Shown one piece after another: positions 12,201 through 27,170 of a DNA stretch of 64,000 bases. The stretch lies in NCBI RefSeq assembly GCF_009914755.1, contig NC_060925.1; one strand, written 5' to 3'. The notes below the pieces were generated by a model. It did no database searches, was not told where the DNA came from, and worked only from the letters and a program-made list of their open reading frames with translations. Every line of letters starts with the position of its first letter. The stretch's first letter is position 1. The DNA is from the human T2T-CHM13v2.0 reference genome, Homo sapiens. Both the position numbers and the translations under genes were made by a program.

Positions 12201-14472
12201 CTGGCATACCTGAGAGATATCATGGATTTTGTTCCAGATTGCTGCAATAAAATAAATATTTCAATAAATGATGTCATGTAAACTTTTTGGTTTCTCAGTG
12301 CATATAAAAGTTATGTTTATACTATACTGTAGTTTATTAAGTGTGCAATAGCATTATGTCTAAAAATTTTACATGCCTTAATTTAAAAAAATACTTTATT
12401 GCTATCAGTTGCTAACAACCACTTGAGCCTCCAGTGGGTCATAATTTCATTACTTGACTCAAGGTTGATTCAAGGTTGATGAGTGCTGACTGATTAGGGT
12501 AGTAGTTGCTGAAGGTTTTAGTGGCCATGGCAATTTCTTAAAGGAAGACAAAATTTGCTTCACCAATTGACTCTATCATAAATGATGTCTCTGTAGCATG
12601 TGACACTGTTTTATAGCATTTTACACACAGTTGGAGTCAATCCTTTCTAACTCTATGCTTTCTTTATCAATAAAATTTGTGAAATATTTTAAATGTTTTG
12701 TTGTCATCTCAACAATTTTCACTAGGAATGGAAGCTAATCAAGTAACCACATTATTTGCTCATTCATAAGAGGCTACTCTTCATACATTAAAGTTTTATC
12801 ATGAGATTGCAGCAATTTGGTCAACTCTTCAGCCTCCGCTTCTAATTCTAGCTATCTTGCTATTTCCACAACATCTGTAGTTACTTCCTTTTCTGAAATC
12901 TTGAACCTCTCAACACCATCAATAAGCCTTAGAATCAACATCTTCCAAATTACTGTTAAGGTTGATACCTTGAACTTCCCTCAAAATCATGAATGTCTTT
13001 AATGGCATCTATAATTTATTAATCATTTCCAGAAAAGTTTTAATTTACTTTGCCCAGATCCATCAGAAGAATCATTATGGTAGCTATAGTCTTACAAAAT
13101 ATTTTCTTAAATGATATGACTTGAAAGTCAAAATTGCTCCTTGATCCATGGGCTGCAGTATGGATAACAGGTTAGCATGGATGAAAACAACATTAATCTC
13201 TTCATACATCTCCATCAGATTTCTTGAGTGACTAGGTACATTGTCAACGAGAAGTAATATTTTGAAAAAAAATTATTTCTTTCTAAACAGTAGGTCTCAC
13301 CATTAGGCTTAAAATATTCAGTGAACCATGCTGTAAATAGATGTGTTGCCAAACAGGCTTTGTCGTTTAATTTCTAAAGGGCAGGCAGAGTAAATTTAAT
13401 ATAGTTTTTATGGGCCCTGAGATTTTCAGGAAGGCAAATAAGCATTGGCTTTAACTTAATGTTACCAGCTACATTTGTCTCCAACAAGAGAGTCTCTTTG
13501 AAGTTTTCTAGGCAGACATTGATTTCTTCTCTCTAGCTATGCAAGTCCTAGATGGCATCTTCCTCCAATAAAAGTTTCAGCGACATTGAAAACCTATTGT
13601 TTAGTGTAGCCATCTTCCCTAATTACCTTAGCTTCATTTTCTGTATAACTTGCTATAGTTCCTACATCAGTACTTGTTGTTTTACCTTGCACTTCCGTGT
13701 CATGAAGATGACACATTTTCTTAAACCTCTGTCTCATTCCAAATTTTCTTGTTCGGCTTCCTTACTTCTCTTAGCTTTCATAGAATTGAAGGCACTTAAG
13801 ACCTGGCTACGGATTAGACTTCGGTTTAGGGAGTATTGTGGCTGGTTTGATCTTCTATCCAGACCACTCAAACTTTCACCACATCGGTAGTAAGGCTTTT
13901 TTATTTTCTTATTATTTGTGTGTTCACTGAAAAAGAACTTTCAATTTTCTTTAAAAACTTTTCCTTTGCATTCACAACTTGGCTAACTGATTGGCACAAG
14001 AGTCCTAGCTTTCAGCCTATCTTGGCTTTCAACTAGTCTTTCTCACTAAGCTCAATAAATTTTAGCTTTTGACTGCAAGTGAGAAATGTACAACTCTTCC
14101 CTTCACTTGAACACTTAGTGGCCATTGTAGGGTTATTTATTGGCTTCATTTTAATTTTTTTGTGTTTTACAGAATAGAGAGGCTGAGCGGGAGAGAGGTA
14201 GGTGAATGGCCAGCCAGTAAAGCAGTCAAAACACACAACATATTTATCGATTAAGTTTGCAGTCTTATATGGGCATAGTTTGTGATGCCCCCAAACAATT
14301 ACAATAATAGCATAAAGGATCCCTAATTGTGACGCAGAGACATGAAGTGGCACATGCTGTTGGAAAACAGTGCTGATATATTTGCTCAAGGCTGGATTGT
14401 CATGAATTTTCGATTTGTAAATATGTAAAATCTGCAAAGCAAAATAAAGAAAATAATAAAGTAGTTATTCTG
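12201..14472 (-). mobile_element. Tigger1 DNA transposon, near full length, defective transposase
   Basis: TA then ctggcatacctgagagatat terminus; minus-strand ORF 14033-14437 ends in MATKCSSEGKSCTFLTCSQKLKFIELSEKD, matching the Tigger1 transposase N-terminus; degenerate opposite TIR near 14460. Confidence 0.9.
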
Positions 14473-14807
14473 ATAGTTGACCAGTGCTATCACATAATAA
14501 GTTCTGGTATACTGCTATGCCACCTTGTGTTATAAGAGACAACTAAAGCCTAGCTAATGGCTTTGCTTGAAACTTTTTTTAAAGTATGGCAAAAATGAAA
14601 AATATAGAAAAATTATGTTTTTAACTCCAGGTACAGTTAATAGAATCATTCAACTTAATAAAAATCAATTAAGTATATTACAAATAATTTATTAAAACAT
14701 ATATATGTATATATATCAAAGGTGGCATGTATTTCTTAGGATCACCTATAAACTTTTTATAATAGTTATTCTCATGTTTACACTGCATAAAGTTATCTCT
14801 CATAACA

Positions 14808-15218
14808 TGTCTTAGTTTATTTTCTTTTGCTTATAGCAGAATACCTGAAACTGAGTAATTATAGTGAAAAGGAATGCAATTTTTATAGTTATGGAAGCTA
14901 AGAATTTCATCAACAAATGACCACATCTGGTGAGACTCTTCTTGCTGATGGGGATTCTTGGCACAGGGACCATATGGCAAGGGAGCTGAGTGTGCTAGTT
15001 CATCTCTCTCCTCCTCTTCTTACAAAGCAACTAGTTCCACTCACATAATAACTCATTAATTCATTTACCCATTAAATAGGTTAATTCATTCATAAGGGCA
15101 AAGTTCTCATGACTCAATGACCTTTTAAAGGCCCCAGTTTGCAATACTGCCACAATGAGGATTAAGTTTTCACATGAGTTTTGGAGTTTGGAAGGGGGCA
15201 AACATTCAAACCATAGAA
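14808..15218 (-). mobile_element. MaLR solo LTR (MSTC/MSTD-like)
   Basis: tgtcttagtt...cagaatacctgaaactgagtaatt start and ttcaaaccatagaa end, typical of reverse MST termini. Confidence 0.75.
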
Positions 15219-15219
15219 T

Positions 15220-15350
15220 TATCTTAGGTCTCATATTCGTATAATAAGGATAATAATCCATAGTGTTATTTAAAGGATTGAATGAGTTGAAATATGAAAG
15301 CTCTCAGCACATACTGACCATTAGACTGTGATTCATCATTGTAACTTTTA
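15220..15350 (+). mobile_element. MIR fragment
   Basis: aaggataataat...gttatttaaaggattgaatgag...ctctcagcacatactgac resembles the MIR core and 3' part. Confidence 0.45.
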
Positions 15351-15945
15351 TCACTATATTAACTTTTTATTATTTTGTATAAATATTTCAGTAAAGTTTC
15401 CAGAGTGACTGAAGTTTTTTTCTATTGTTGTTACAGACATCTTAGTTTTTACATTTTAAATTTATGAGTGATGATTATTTTTCTAAAGCTATTGCTCACA
15501 AAGAATGCAAATTCACAAATAGTATTTTGACAACAGAGCTGGAGTAATATCATAAAATTAATGACAACCATGTTTTATATAATTACATAAATTCTATATG
15601 ACAACTTTGACTTCATGTTAAGGAATAATTGCATAGAATCCGGGCAAAATTTTAAAATGTAATAAAATAAAATTTATTAACAATAAAAGTTATTAATAAT
15701 AAAAGCATTGCCTAAAACAAATAGATCAACCAGGTAAAAAGTTCAAAAATATTTGTCTATGTTAAGCTATAGCATTTCATAGCATACAATGGAAAATTAA
15801 AGAAATAGGAAAAAGTTAATTGAATAGATTTTCAAAAATGAAAACAATAGTCATTAGGATAAAGTTTAAATCATATAAAAAGAAGACTGAATAAAATAGA
15901 TTTAATTTTATGGTTGATTAAGATGTTAGTGCAAGTTAATAAGAG

Positions 15946-16306
15946 TCTTAAATTAAACTAAATGTGGGTATTATAATCCTCCATATGAGTTCTAGGTAAT
16001 AACTACTGAGTTAGGTTGCAGTTTATTACAAAACAAACTGAAGACTTAATTCAGGAATTTGTTTTTGCAAAAAGTAGCTGACTCTCAGCCAATAACAGCA
16101 GCCAAGTGGCCAACTACCTGTTTCTGTACCTCACTTTCTTTTTTGTATATTATTTTGCTTTTTCTGTTCAAACAAATTCTTTAGCTATATGGGAGCCCTG
16201 GAGTAGCTCTGAACCTATTCTAGTTCTGGGGCCCACGGAATTCACAAGCTGTTGTTTGCTCAATTAAATACTATTAAGTTTAATTTGTATAATGTTTCCT
16301 TTAAAA
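15946..16306 (+). mobile_element. ERV1 solo LTR, MER57-like
   Basis: ctgtttctgtacctcacttt and ctctgaacctattctagttctggg...ttgctcaattaaa...tttaatttgt motifs. Confidence 0.65.
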
Positions 16307-17029
16307 AGGGACAATATAATTGAAAAATAAATTGAGCATAATAAGGAAGTGTTCATTTTTAAAAATCTGATCTATTTAAGGCACTAAAAATTAAGCTAGA
16401 CAGGAATATTTATTTTTCAATATTAAAAAATAAAACTCCGACACATTTTAATGTTTTCTAACATATGTTTTATTCAAAAACCTCACAAACCTTTAGCATA
16501 CTTATATTAACCAGTCATTGGTTCTAAAGGAAAGGAAACAACTGGCCATTATAATTAATTAGAATATGTTAATACATATAATTTTTACCTTCTATAATTA
16601 TTTTTTAAGAAATCACACATATTTAATAGACATCTAATATAAAAAACAGTTTGTTTCAAAATAATCTAAAGACATTGCAATTAGTCCCAGTGAGGTTATT
16701 TAGAATATATAATTAATAAGGAGTAAATTTCTTTAAAAATCACTTTCAAGTACATAAAGTATTATTTATTTATATAAAATAGAGGCTAATATTGAGACTT
16801 TATCCAAAATTTCTATTACTTCTATGATATCATAGAGTAGACTGTTTGCCAGGAAAAGACTTTTTCACCAGAGCTAGAACTTGAGATTTAAAAAGGATAA
16901 TTCCGAAGGCCCAGCTGTCATTTTCAGCAGTTATTTGGCATAGCTGAGTCAATCACTTTTTTTTTTTACCAGATAGTGACTTTTCAACATATATACTAAA
17001 TTTAAATAAAAAAAGAAGGGTGGAGAGGG

Positions 17030-19565
17030 TGGAAGTGTAGCAATATGGCTGAATAAAATTTGCACCAGTTGTCCTTCCCACAGGAACACCCAATTGAACA
17101 ACTATCCACACAAAACATTACCGTCATAAGACCCTCAAATAAGCTGGAGTATCAGCTCTGCCACAGTGGGGTATGGGACCAAGTGGGCTCTTGGGTTTTC
17201 CAATTCCAGGCCTTGGCTCTTAGATGGCATTTCTGAACCTGCCCTGGGCCAGAGGAGAGGCCATAGCCCTGAAGGGTGTTTTCCCAAGCCTATTCACCAT
17301 CAGCTGACAGAAGAGCCCTTAGGCTTTGAATGAATATCAGTGGCAGCCAGGCAATACATGTGATTGGCCTGGGGTAGTGGTGGCACAGGGAGAGATTTCT
17401 TTCTTTCTGGAAAGGGGAGGGAAGAGAGATAAAGACTTTGTCTGGTGGCTCAGGTGCCCACTCAGCCATAGTAGAACAGAGCACCAGGTAGATTGATAAG
17501 TTTTGTGATACTAGGTTCTGACTTTCAGGCAGCATATCTAGACCTGCCCCAAACCATGGGAAACTCACTGCTCTGAAGGGAAGGACACAAACGTGGCTGG
17601 CTTCAACACCTGCTGATTGTATAGCCCTAGAGCCTTGGGTAGAAATATGGCAGGTAGACAGTGGTTACCACTAGCCTTGGATGAGACCCAGTGCTGTGCT
17701 GGTTTCAGGTCTGATTCAGCAAAGTCCCAGTGGTGGTGGCAACTGGGGTGCTTGTGTCACCCCTCCCCAATCTCCGGGTAGTTCAGCACAGAGAGAGAGA
17801 TTCTGTTTGTTTGGAAAAAAGTAAGGGAAGAGAACAACAATTGCTGCCTGGTAATCCAGATAATTTTTCTGGGTCTTCTATAAGACCACCAATATGGTAT
17901 CACTATGAGTCTGCAAGAGCCACAGTGTCGCTGTGCTTGGAGTGCAACCCAATGCAGATGTGGCTGCAGTGACCAAAAACTTAGATCACAAGACCCAACA
18001 ATCTGCCTGCAAGAAATGTACTTCAACTATGAATACACAGACTGAAAATAAATGGATGAAAATACATATTTCATGCAGGTGGAAAACTAAGTAGGAGTAC
18101 CTATGCTAATATCAGACGAAAGAGCTTGTAAGACAAAAGTCATGAAAAGAGCCAAATAAGGTCATTATATAATGATAAAGGTGTCAATTCAGCAGGAGGA
18201 TATAAAAATATATGCACCCAACACTGGAGCACTCAGATATATAATGCAAATATTATTAGAACTAAAGAGAAAGACTCCAAAAGAAGAATAGTTTAAGAGT
18301 TTGACACTTTATTTTCTACATTGCACAAATCGTCCACACAGAAAATACATCATCCAGACAGAAAATCACCAAAGGAATGATGTTTCTTAACCTGCAGTAT
18401 AGACCAAATAGGCCTAACAGATATTTATAAAATATTTCATAGTAATGACTACAGAATACGCATTCTTCTCCTCAGCACATATATCACTCTCAAGGATAGC
18501 TTATGTGTTAGGTTATAATATAAGTCTTAAAACATTCCAAAAAATTGAACTAATATCAATAATCTTTTCTGACCACAATGGAATAAAAAATCTGATTAAA
18601 AAATAGGCAAAAAAAATCTCAATAGACAATTCTCCAAAGAAGCTGTACAACTGGCAACCAGGTATATGAAAAGGTGATAAATATCATTGACAATCAGAGA
18701 AATGCATATCAAAACTACAATGAGATATGATCTTTCCCCAGTTAAAATGGCTCTTATCTAGAAGGCAGGCAGTAACAATTTCTGGAGAGGATGTGGAGAA
18801 AAGGGAACCCTTATACATGTTAGTGGAAATGTAAATTAGTACATCCAATATGGAGAACAGTATGGAGGTTACTTAAAAAACTAAAAACAGAGCTACTTTA
18901 TGATTCAGCAATCTCACTGCTAGATATGATCTCTAAAAGAAAGAGAGTTAGAATATTTAAGATATATCTGCATTTCCATGTTTATTGCAGCACTACTTAT
19001 AATAGCCAAGATTTGGAAACAACCTATCAACAGATGAATGGATAAAGAAAATGTGGTATATATAAACAATAGAGTACTATTCAGCCATTAAAAAGATGAG
19101 ATTTTGTCATTTGCAGCAACATCAATGCAACTGGAGAACATTATGTTAACTGAAATAAGCCAAGCCTAGAGAGAAATTTTGTGTGTTCTCACTTATTTTG
19201 GGCAGCTAAATATTAAAACAATTGAATTCAAGAAGATAAAGAATCAAATGGCAAACAGATGCTGGAAAGGGTAGTGTGGGAGTGGGAGTGGGGATGTCAA
19301 TGGGTACAAAAATATAGTTAGATAGAATGAGTAAGATCTAGCATTTGATAGCACAACAGGATAACTACAGTCACAATAATTTATTGTACATCTAAACTAA
19401 TCCATAATTTGATTGTTTGTAACACAAAAAAAGGATATATGTTTGAGATGATTTACACCCTACTTTGATTATTATACATTGTATGACTGTATCAAAGTAT
19501 TTCATGTGCCCTATAAATATATACAAATACTATGTACTCACAAATATTAAAAATTTTAAAAAGGG
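17030..19565 (+). mobile_element. L1MA2/3-like LINE retaining 5' UTR and 3' UTR with two large internal deletions
   Basis: 5' UTR (caggaacacccaattgaacaactatccacac) to about 17990; ORF2 EN piece about 17990-18588; ORF2 C-terminus; 3' UTR gtaagatctagcatttgatagcacaacagg...tactatgtactcacaaa. Confidence 0.82.
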
Positions 19566-19688
19566 AAGAAATGAGGAGGGATATACAGGAGAAATAGAAA
19601 AACAGAAGGAGAAAGGAAATAACAAAACTCCCCCTGTATTTTATTTTATTTTTTAAATCAGAGTATGATATATTGTATTGGTAACACT

Positions 19689-20177
19689 TGTCAAAGAAAA
19701 CTTGCAGTAGACAAGTTAAACAGGCAAGGAAGATCTTCGAGGCTATTAAAATAGAGGTCAGGAGTACTCCAATAGGGAAGAGATATTGAAATCCTTTGAA
19801 ATGAAAATCGGAAGATGGCGGAGAAGTATTGGCAGACATTAGGGGAGGTATTGCTCAATGTGATTATGCCATCTGTGTTTGCTAATTGATGTTTACGGAA
19901 GTTCAATTCCTACCCTCCTATAGAGATTGGGAGAAGGGGCAATCTCTTTCTCTTGATGAATTACACGTCAAAGGCATGGTTCTCCTAGGTCCTTGATAAA
20001 TAGGTTGCTGGGTTGTAACTGGAAAGAGGCTGGGAAGAGATATACATCTCAAAGGGCAGAAAAAATTCACAATTTCAAATTTAAATGCTCTAAGGTTGAA
20101 GTCAGAGCCCTGTAGTCAGAAACCTACTGGCCAAAAGCTTAGTCAGACTAAAAGTAATGTTAAGGCTGTTTTGGTCA
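19689..20177 (-). mobile_element. ERV1 solo LTR, MER31/MER67 family
   Basis: tgtcaaag...gttaaacaggcaaggaaga start; catctcaaagggcaga...aaatgctctaag and aatgttaaggctgttttggtca end. Confidence 0.7.
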
Positions 20178-21881
20178 GATGTATACATTATTAGCTCTGT
20201 CAATATACCTCATTGTTTTTATGTATTACTCTTCCCCCCACCGCCCCCTGCTATCATTTGGTTTTCTCTTGTTTTTGAAATATTTATTGTTATCATTTTC
20301 TTCTTTTTTAATTTCCTTTTTTTAATTCTTGTCACCTTTTCCCTTTCTATTCATGTTGCCCTGTAGGTTAGTCACTCCCCAATACCAGTTTACATTAATC
20401 AGGTAATTAGTGGCTTTTCCTCTTGATTAATTGCTGACTTATCAATTGCTTCACTAAAAATGTATATTATTAAAACCTTTATACAGATAAACATAAGACA
20501 AAACATTGAAATAACCTTAAGAGATAACAAAAGATATTAAAAACAACAATAGAAACAACTGAATCCCAAACTCAAAATTATTAGTAGATATCATCACTTC
20601 TTTGACAGGTATTAGGTATTTTATATTCTGGGATCCAGTTTTAAGTAAGGATGTCATAAGGATTCCACACACAAAATATTACAAACATTAAAATACTTTT
20701 AAAATATATTACCTTTAAGGCAAAATTTTGTTTTGTGAACATATATCAAATAATAAATATAAAAGTGTTTATACACCTATATTCAATGAGTCCTACATCA
20801 AATATATAAACTTTGCATGTCTTTTGCAGTATATACTTGCATATTGTTATTCATGCGTAAAGTGATAGATTTGTATTTTTAAATTACAATAGTAATTTGA
20901 TAATATAGATTATACTTAACACTAAATGAAAAAAGTACATTTATATGTGAACTCTAATTTCAAAATCTAACTCATTACAGATTGTAATATAAATATAACA
21001 TTTGTAGATCTGATTTAGGTATTCAACACACATGTTAGTTTATAATCATAGGTAGAGATAATAGAATAGAAAGTAAAACAAACTTATAACTATGAATAAC
21101 AAAAAAAGAAAAATAAAGATGTATACCAAAGGTGATGTACCAATTTTGCTGTTTATGATAATTGATGAAATAACATATATATGAATGGTTGGGAGAAAAC
21201 AAAAATCAAAAGGTAAAGGTAATTTATAAATAATTAATTTCAAATTATATTATGCAAAAATTTTTTAAAAGCCACATTTACCTATATCTATTCACAGCAT
21301 GTGAATAAATTGATAGATATAATCATATGTTATATTCTTTTTGTACATGTAATTAAAAACACTCCATTACTATGGTAGGCAGTATTTATACAAATAATTC
21401 TTTGGTTTCTGCAGTTCTATTTATGCAGTGACATACTCTGAAATGGTTCAAAAGCTCTATTTTATGTCAGTAATGGAGAAATTTTCCAAACTGCATTTTT
21501 ACTTATTGAGCAATGAGGGAAGGGGAAATCTTATATGTCCATGTCTCCCAAGGCAGCTCACAAAGGTTACAATCTATTTCTGTTATTGAGGTTTTATGGA
21601 GATAAATACCTGTGCTCCTTTCAAAGTCCTAGATAGATAAGTATGTCTGTCAATTTCTAGTCAGAATCTGACAGAATAAAGTATGACACACTGTTTCAGT
21701 AACTGCCCCCTTTTATTTTCATTTTTATTTTTTTAATTATTTGTGTGAAGTCTGACTTCAATTCTGCAGACATTCTGATAATCAGATTATCAGTAACAGA
21801 ACAATGCAACTATTTCTTTCTCTAATACTTGCATATGTTTAGTAAAGGAAGTTCTTATTTCATAATATTTGTATTCTAGAA

Positions 21882-22035
21882 TAATGGTTCTCAAAATATT
21901 GTCTATGAACTAGTTATCTATATCACCTGGAACTTATGATAAAAATATAGATTCCAGGGCCCCACCAGCCTCCTACTGAATCTTGGAGTTGGGTCTCAAA
22001 AGTTAATATTTATTTTTAAAAAGCCCTGAGTAGGG
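21882..22035. mobile_element. MER5A-like hAT MITE
   Basis: tggttctcaaa...atcacctggaactt...agattccagggccccaccagcctcctactgaatc. Confidence 0.7.
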
Positions 22036-25000
22036 ACTTTAGTGTTTTAATTTTTTTATTTTTGTTTTAAATTAAATTTTAATGTTATATAAATAAGCAC
22101 ACATTTTAAAAATCTTGTTTCTCTAAATTATTTATTATATTTCAACCCTTTCCTATGGCAGTTTGTCATAAATCCACGATGTGTAATGACTAAAATACAG
22201 GTAATAATATTTGGTGAATAAAGTTAATTTTTCTATTTAAATTGACTCTGGTTTAAATATTTTTTTCTTAAATTATTCCAGTTGAAAGAGTTTAGATTTT
22301 AAAATCAAACAAAAAATTAAATCAAATCTCAATTTAGCCATATATAACTTCCAACTTGTGTAACTAATTAAACCTCTTTAAATTTCATTATCCTTATTTT
22401 TTAATGGAAATTACATAACATAAACTGGGTTGTTAGTAGAATATTTAAATTAATAACAAAGAGTTTAATGCAAGACTTTGACAGCTTGTTATAGCATAAT
22501 ACTGTTAAGATAGTGGTGTTTTTGTTTCTTTGATTAATGTCTGAATTTATTTTTTGTTATTTAAAAATAATTTATAGTGTCTTTGATCAAAAGAACACAC
22601 CACTCCAAAATCAACTTCAAAGTCAATTGTCAGGAACATTTAAATCTTGAATACTAAACTTTACTCAAAACACTAAGTGAGCTCTTTCTGTATAATTTCT
22701 TATAATACTGCTACTTATTGAAATGGTATAAACTTACTTCCTGTTTAAAGTTTCATAAAACTATGCCTTATAATAAAGGTGAAAAATTTTCTCTTTGGCT
22801 CCTCAATAACATATAAAATTATACAATTGATTTGTATTAGATGTTTTTAAATACAGATTCAATATAGTACTATTTGACACTTATGGGTCTCAAAAAAATT
22901 CCAAATGCTGGGTTTGACATTTTACAAGCAACCACAAAACTAGAAAAACAAAAAACCCAAAAAGACAACTCAGTAATAAATTGTAGGTAAGAGAAAAAAG
23001 GACACAAGAAAATACCCCTTTTTTGATTATTGTCAAAGAGCAATCTTCAAATTTGATTTATAAAATATCACAATAGTCCAATGATGTACCTTTTCATTGT
23101 GTATTGGATTTGATAGCATCAGGCTTCTTGAAAGAAGCAAAAGGGCAATGGTAATTCTTGCAGCTGAAGGTGACCTTTACTACATCTTTTTCTAAGTGCC
23201 TTCTTTCAAGATTGCCAGCCTAAAGCAAAAAATTTAGAAGGCAGTGATGGCAGAGTTTTGTTCTTTTTCTTTGTTTTTCTACACTAAATAATATCGATCT
23301 CTATGCATTTGTCTAATTGATTTTTTTAATGATATGCAAAGAAAAGTCATTCTCAAGTGTTCATTCTGTCATGGTGACTAATCGGTTTTTCTGTGTCCTG
23401 TATTTTATAGCTTGTGGAAAATGCTGTGTCAGTGATAATTCAGCATATTTCAACAGTTTCACATTAATGCTCAGATAACCCTTATAAATGGGAAGAGTTA
23501 CACTGAGTTAATTAATAATAAACAATAATCAATGGGAAAACAGCATATAAAATATGCTTATTTTTGTTAAATGAGTTTCTCTGAGATAAGAAATGCAAGT
23601 GTAAACTTTTTGATTCCTATAAAACTAACTTGCCCAGTAAACACATATTTAAGATCCTTTAATTTCATTTATATCTTTCATTTTAATGTACTTAAACTGT
23701 GACCAAAAAAACTCCTAGCCTGTGAAGTAAATATAACAGTTTCAATGGGTAACGGTAATAGAGGCATTTGTATAATGTAATGTGAAAGTCAGTAAGAAAG
23801 TACTGGAGACTTTGCAATCTGAGAGTAGTATAGTAAAAATATCCAGAGTCGGTTTTAGATATGCGATGAATCCTTACATAGGTCATTACCACTTTACAAA
23901 GAAAACATTCTAGCATAATATGTGGGGCATTGGAAATGAAGTACACTATTTAAGTATGATCAATCATTTTAGCAAATATTCCTTGAGAATTCTATTAATT
24001 GCAATTTGGGTATACTACATTATGAACTGCACAACTGAAGTCAAATTGTATAGAAATAATACAAATGGAAAAAATGGCAGATGAAATGACTTCACATGTT
24101 AGCTGATATAAAATCAATGTCACTCCCAGACTCCACCATATGTGTCTTCATTATAAATATTTGGTTTCTGTTTTATAGATTTGACCCACATTCACACACT
24201 CAAGTGTGATCTTCACAAACAAAATTTTGTAATGAGCCATGAATGTCATTCAAAAGAGTTATGTCCATTCACGTTTTGCTACTTATTCAAACACCAATCA
24301 ATAATTGATATAATGTGTCAAAAGGCAGATTTGCTTATAACAAAAGGAAACCCTATTTTTGTGAACCAGAAATATAAAAATAAAGCAAATTGAAATCATA
24401 TATCTTTATGAATTCAAGTCCTAAATGAGACAGAAGCAGCCAAGAGACTAATGCCAATTACAGTTCTTCCATTTAAGACAGAGGAAGTGATAGATCTTCT
24501 ATATAATCCCATTAATGAAAGGAACTTGAAATAAGCCTAGTTGTTGAATTTTAACTAAGTTAATTTTATTAAGAAAATGGAAGATTATACCTACACAATT
24601 TGTGAAATATAATTTGAAATGAAACAAAGTTTTCTGCATGTTTGGTGATTAGATGTCTAGTATATCACAGCTGTTCTGAAATACCTTTATATACTCTATC
24701 TAGTTCTGTATTGGGGGTCTAGGATCCGAGTGGAAGCAATTGTGTAAATGTTAGAGTGTTTTTTCAAAGGAGTGAAAAAAAGAAGGACAAACAGAGAGAG
24801 AGAGAGAGAGCCTGGATAAAAAATATAAATGAAGCAGAAAATCTCTAACGAGAAGTAAAATATTCATAAAAATATGAATTAAAATCCAAAAAGCAATATG
24901 ATAGTATTTGCAGATTATAAGGTTTGTCTTTATTTCTAAGCCAAGTTTATATGCAGTCTATTGTTAAAAATCTTTGATTAAAAATTCACAAAGTGGCTGA

Positions 25001-25234
25001 ATAGGATACCTGTTTAAATGATATTTTAATAATGATCATGACTACTTAAAATATGTAATTATATATTATATGTGAGTGTGATTGTGTGTATTTCTAAGAA
25101 TGAGAAAAGAGAAAAAATAAAACTAAAATGAACCCAATAATAAATCTTTAAAATGCACGAAACATGTATGTTGAGGTAATTTTAAAATGAATTGAAAGAT
25201 ATAATAAGGTCATGAAAAATGGAGAAAAAAAGCC

Positions 25235-25731
25235 ATGCACAGACCAGGATAGAGTAACAGAGATAACATTTGCCCTTTCATATAAAACTGAAAGTCTAGA
25301 CAAAATATATGAAGTAATGGTTTTCAAAACATTAAACATCAGCCAGCAAAGAACAATGACACGGAAAGATAAGAAACAAGTGAGGTGAGCCTAAGATTTC
25401 CCCAGCTTACTGCCTGGAGAAATTCTAGATTACGTGTATAGAAGAGGGTACCCAAACAGAGCAGAATGGACCTTTTTAGTTGTGGAGATGGGTATGGGAG
25501 ACAAGGTAGATGAAGGCAGGGAGAATTCACATGGCAGATTGTGAGAAAGAAGCTATACAAAAGTAGATCTTGATTGACCTGCGGAAGGTTTTCTTGATAT
25601 TTGTGCTAAGTGATAATCAGTGTATAACTTGAGCAAACTACCTAAGGCTGGGAAAACAAACAGTCAAAAGGATTAGAAGTTACAATTCTCAAGATTAACA
25701 CACAACAATGAAGAGTTCCTGTTTCTACCTG

Positions 25732-25768
<37 letters not shown>

Positions 25769-26620
25769 TAGGTCAAATAAAGAGGAAAAATGATAATCAA
25801 TAGCAATTAACAAATGGGATAAATAAGGGATCTATTACACAAGGTCCTTAAAAGTATTATAAGTGTATTTTATATGGTCAAGAGAATATCAGAAAGATTG
25901 AACATGTGTAAGCAGATGCACTGAAGGTAAAAAAAAAAAAAAAATACCCTAAACAGCTAAAGTCTATGATGTCTGTATACGGAAAAAGTGAGGGATAGAA
26001 TTAGTAGCAAAAGAGATATTGCAAAAAGAAAGATAGTGACTTTTAACACATAGCAATTAGTCCTATCCAAAATGAAATATGGGAAGACTAAGCCTAAAAG
26101 CCAAATGAGTAAAGCATGAGTGAGATTTGGCCCAATTTCTAGTGGTCTAATGTACAAGTAATTGGAGCCTCCCTGGAAAAGAGGCAGGGCATGGGGCAGA
26201 AAAATACATGAATAAATAGAAGTTGGCATCAACCAATTTGATAAAAACGTTAAACTGACATCAAGCACTAGAATTGTAAGAAAACTGCACCTAGGCATAT
26301 CATAATTAAATTGCTTAATATTAGTGATAAAGGGAAAGTCTTAAAAGCAGACCTTTTTAAGCAAAAGACACATTAGGTACAGAGAAACAAAGCATATTTC
26401 TCATAGGCAACAAAAAACAAATTAAGTTTTTATATGTTTAATAGTTGAAAGAAGCCATAACCAGGAGACCTTCACTATGAGAAATGTTAAAGGAAGTTCT
26501 TCTAATGTAAGAAAAATTATATCTAAAGGAAATTTGGATCTATTCAAAAGGATAAAGAAATCATGAGTACTGAAAATGGAAATACATAGATAAATATAAC
26601 AAATGATTCACTTATGTAAA
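25235..26620 (+). mobile_element. Old L1 (L1MC/L1MD-type) 5' end and ORF1 remnant
   Basis: gacaaaatatatgaagtaatggttttcaaaacatt and gaggtgagcctaagatttccccagcttactgcctggag; ORF1-like cacctaggcatatcataattaaattgct. Confidence 0.7.
25734..25766. repeat. (AG)n microsatellite
   Basis: Direct reading of the gagaga run. Confidence 0.95.
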
Positions 26621-26831
26621 ATATAATTGTAAAAAAAATTATATATAATGAAAAAAAACTCCGTGTTACTGAGACCATGTGTAACTTTCATCCCTGCTAC
26701 CACGGCCAGTTTGTTCATTGGTCCTGATGACAGGAGTGCCTGGGGAAAAAGGCTGAGTGGTGTCCACAGAATGGGTCATCTTATCCACTTGATTATTATG
26801 CTGCTCCTCTGCTGAGGTCACCCATTGGTGA

Positions 26832-27170
<339 letters not shown>

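Noticed and set aside
12201-14472. Functional or domesticated Tigger1 transposase
   Set aside because: The transposase frame stops about 30 codons after its start and no long minus-strand ORF follows.
22335-22510. Possible MIR fragment
   Set aside because: Similarity is too weak to call by eye.
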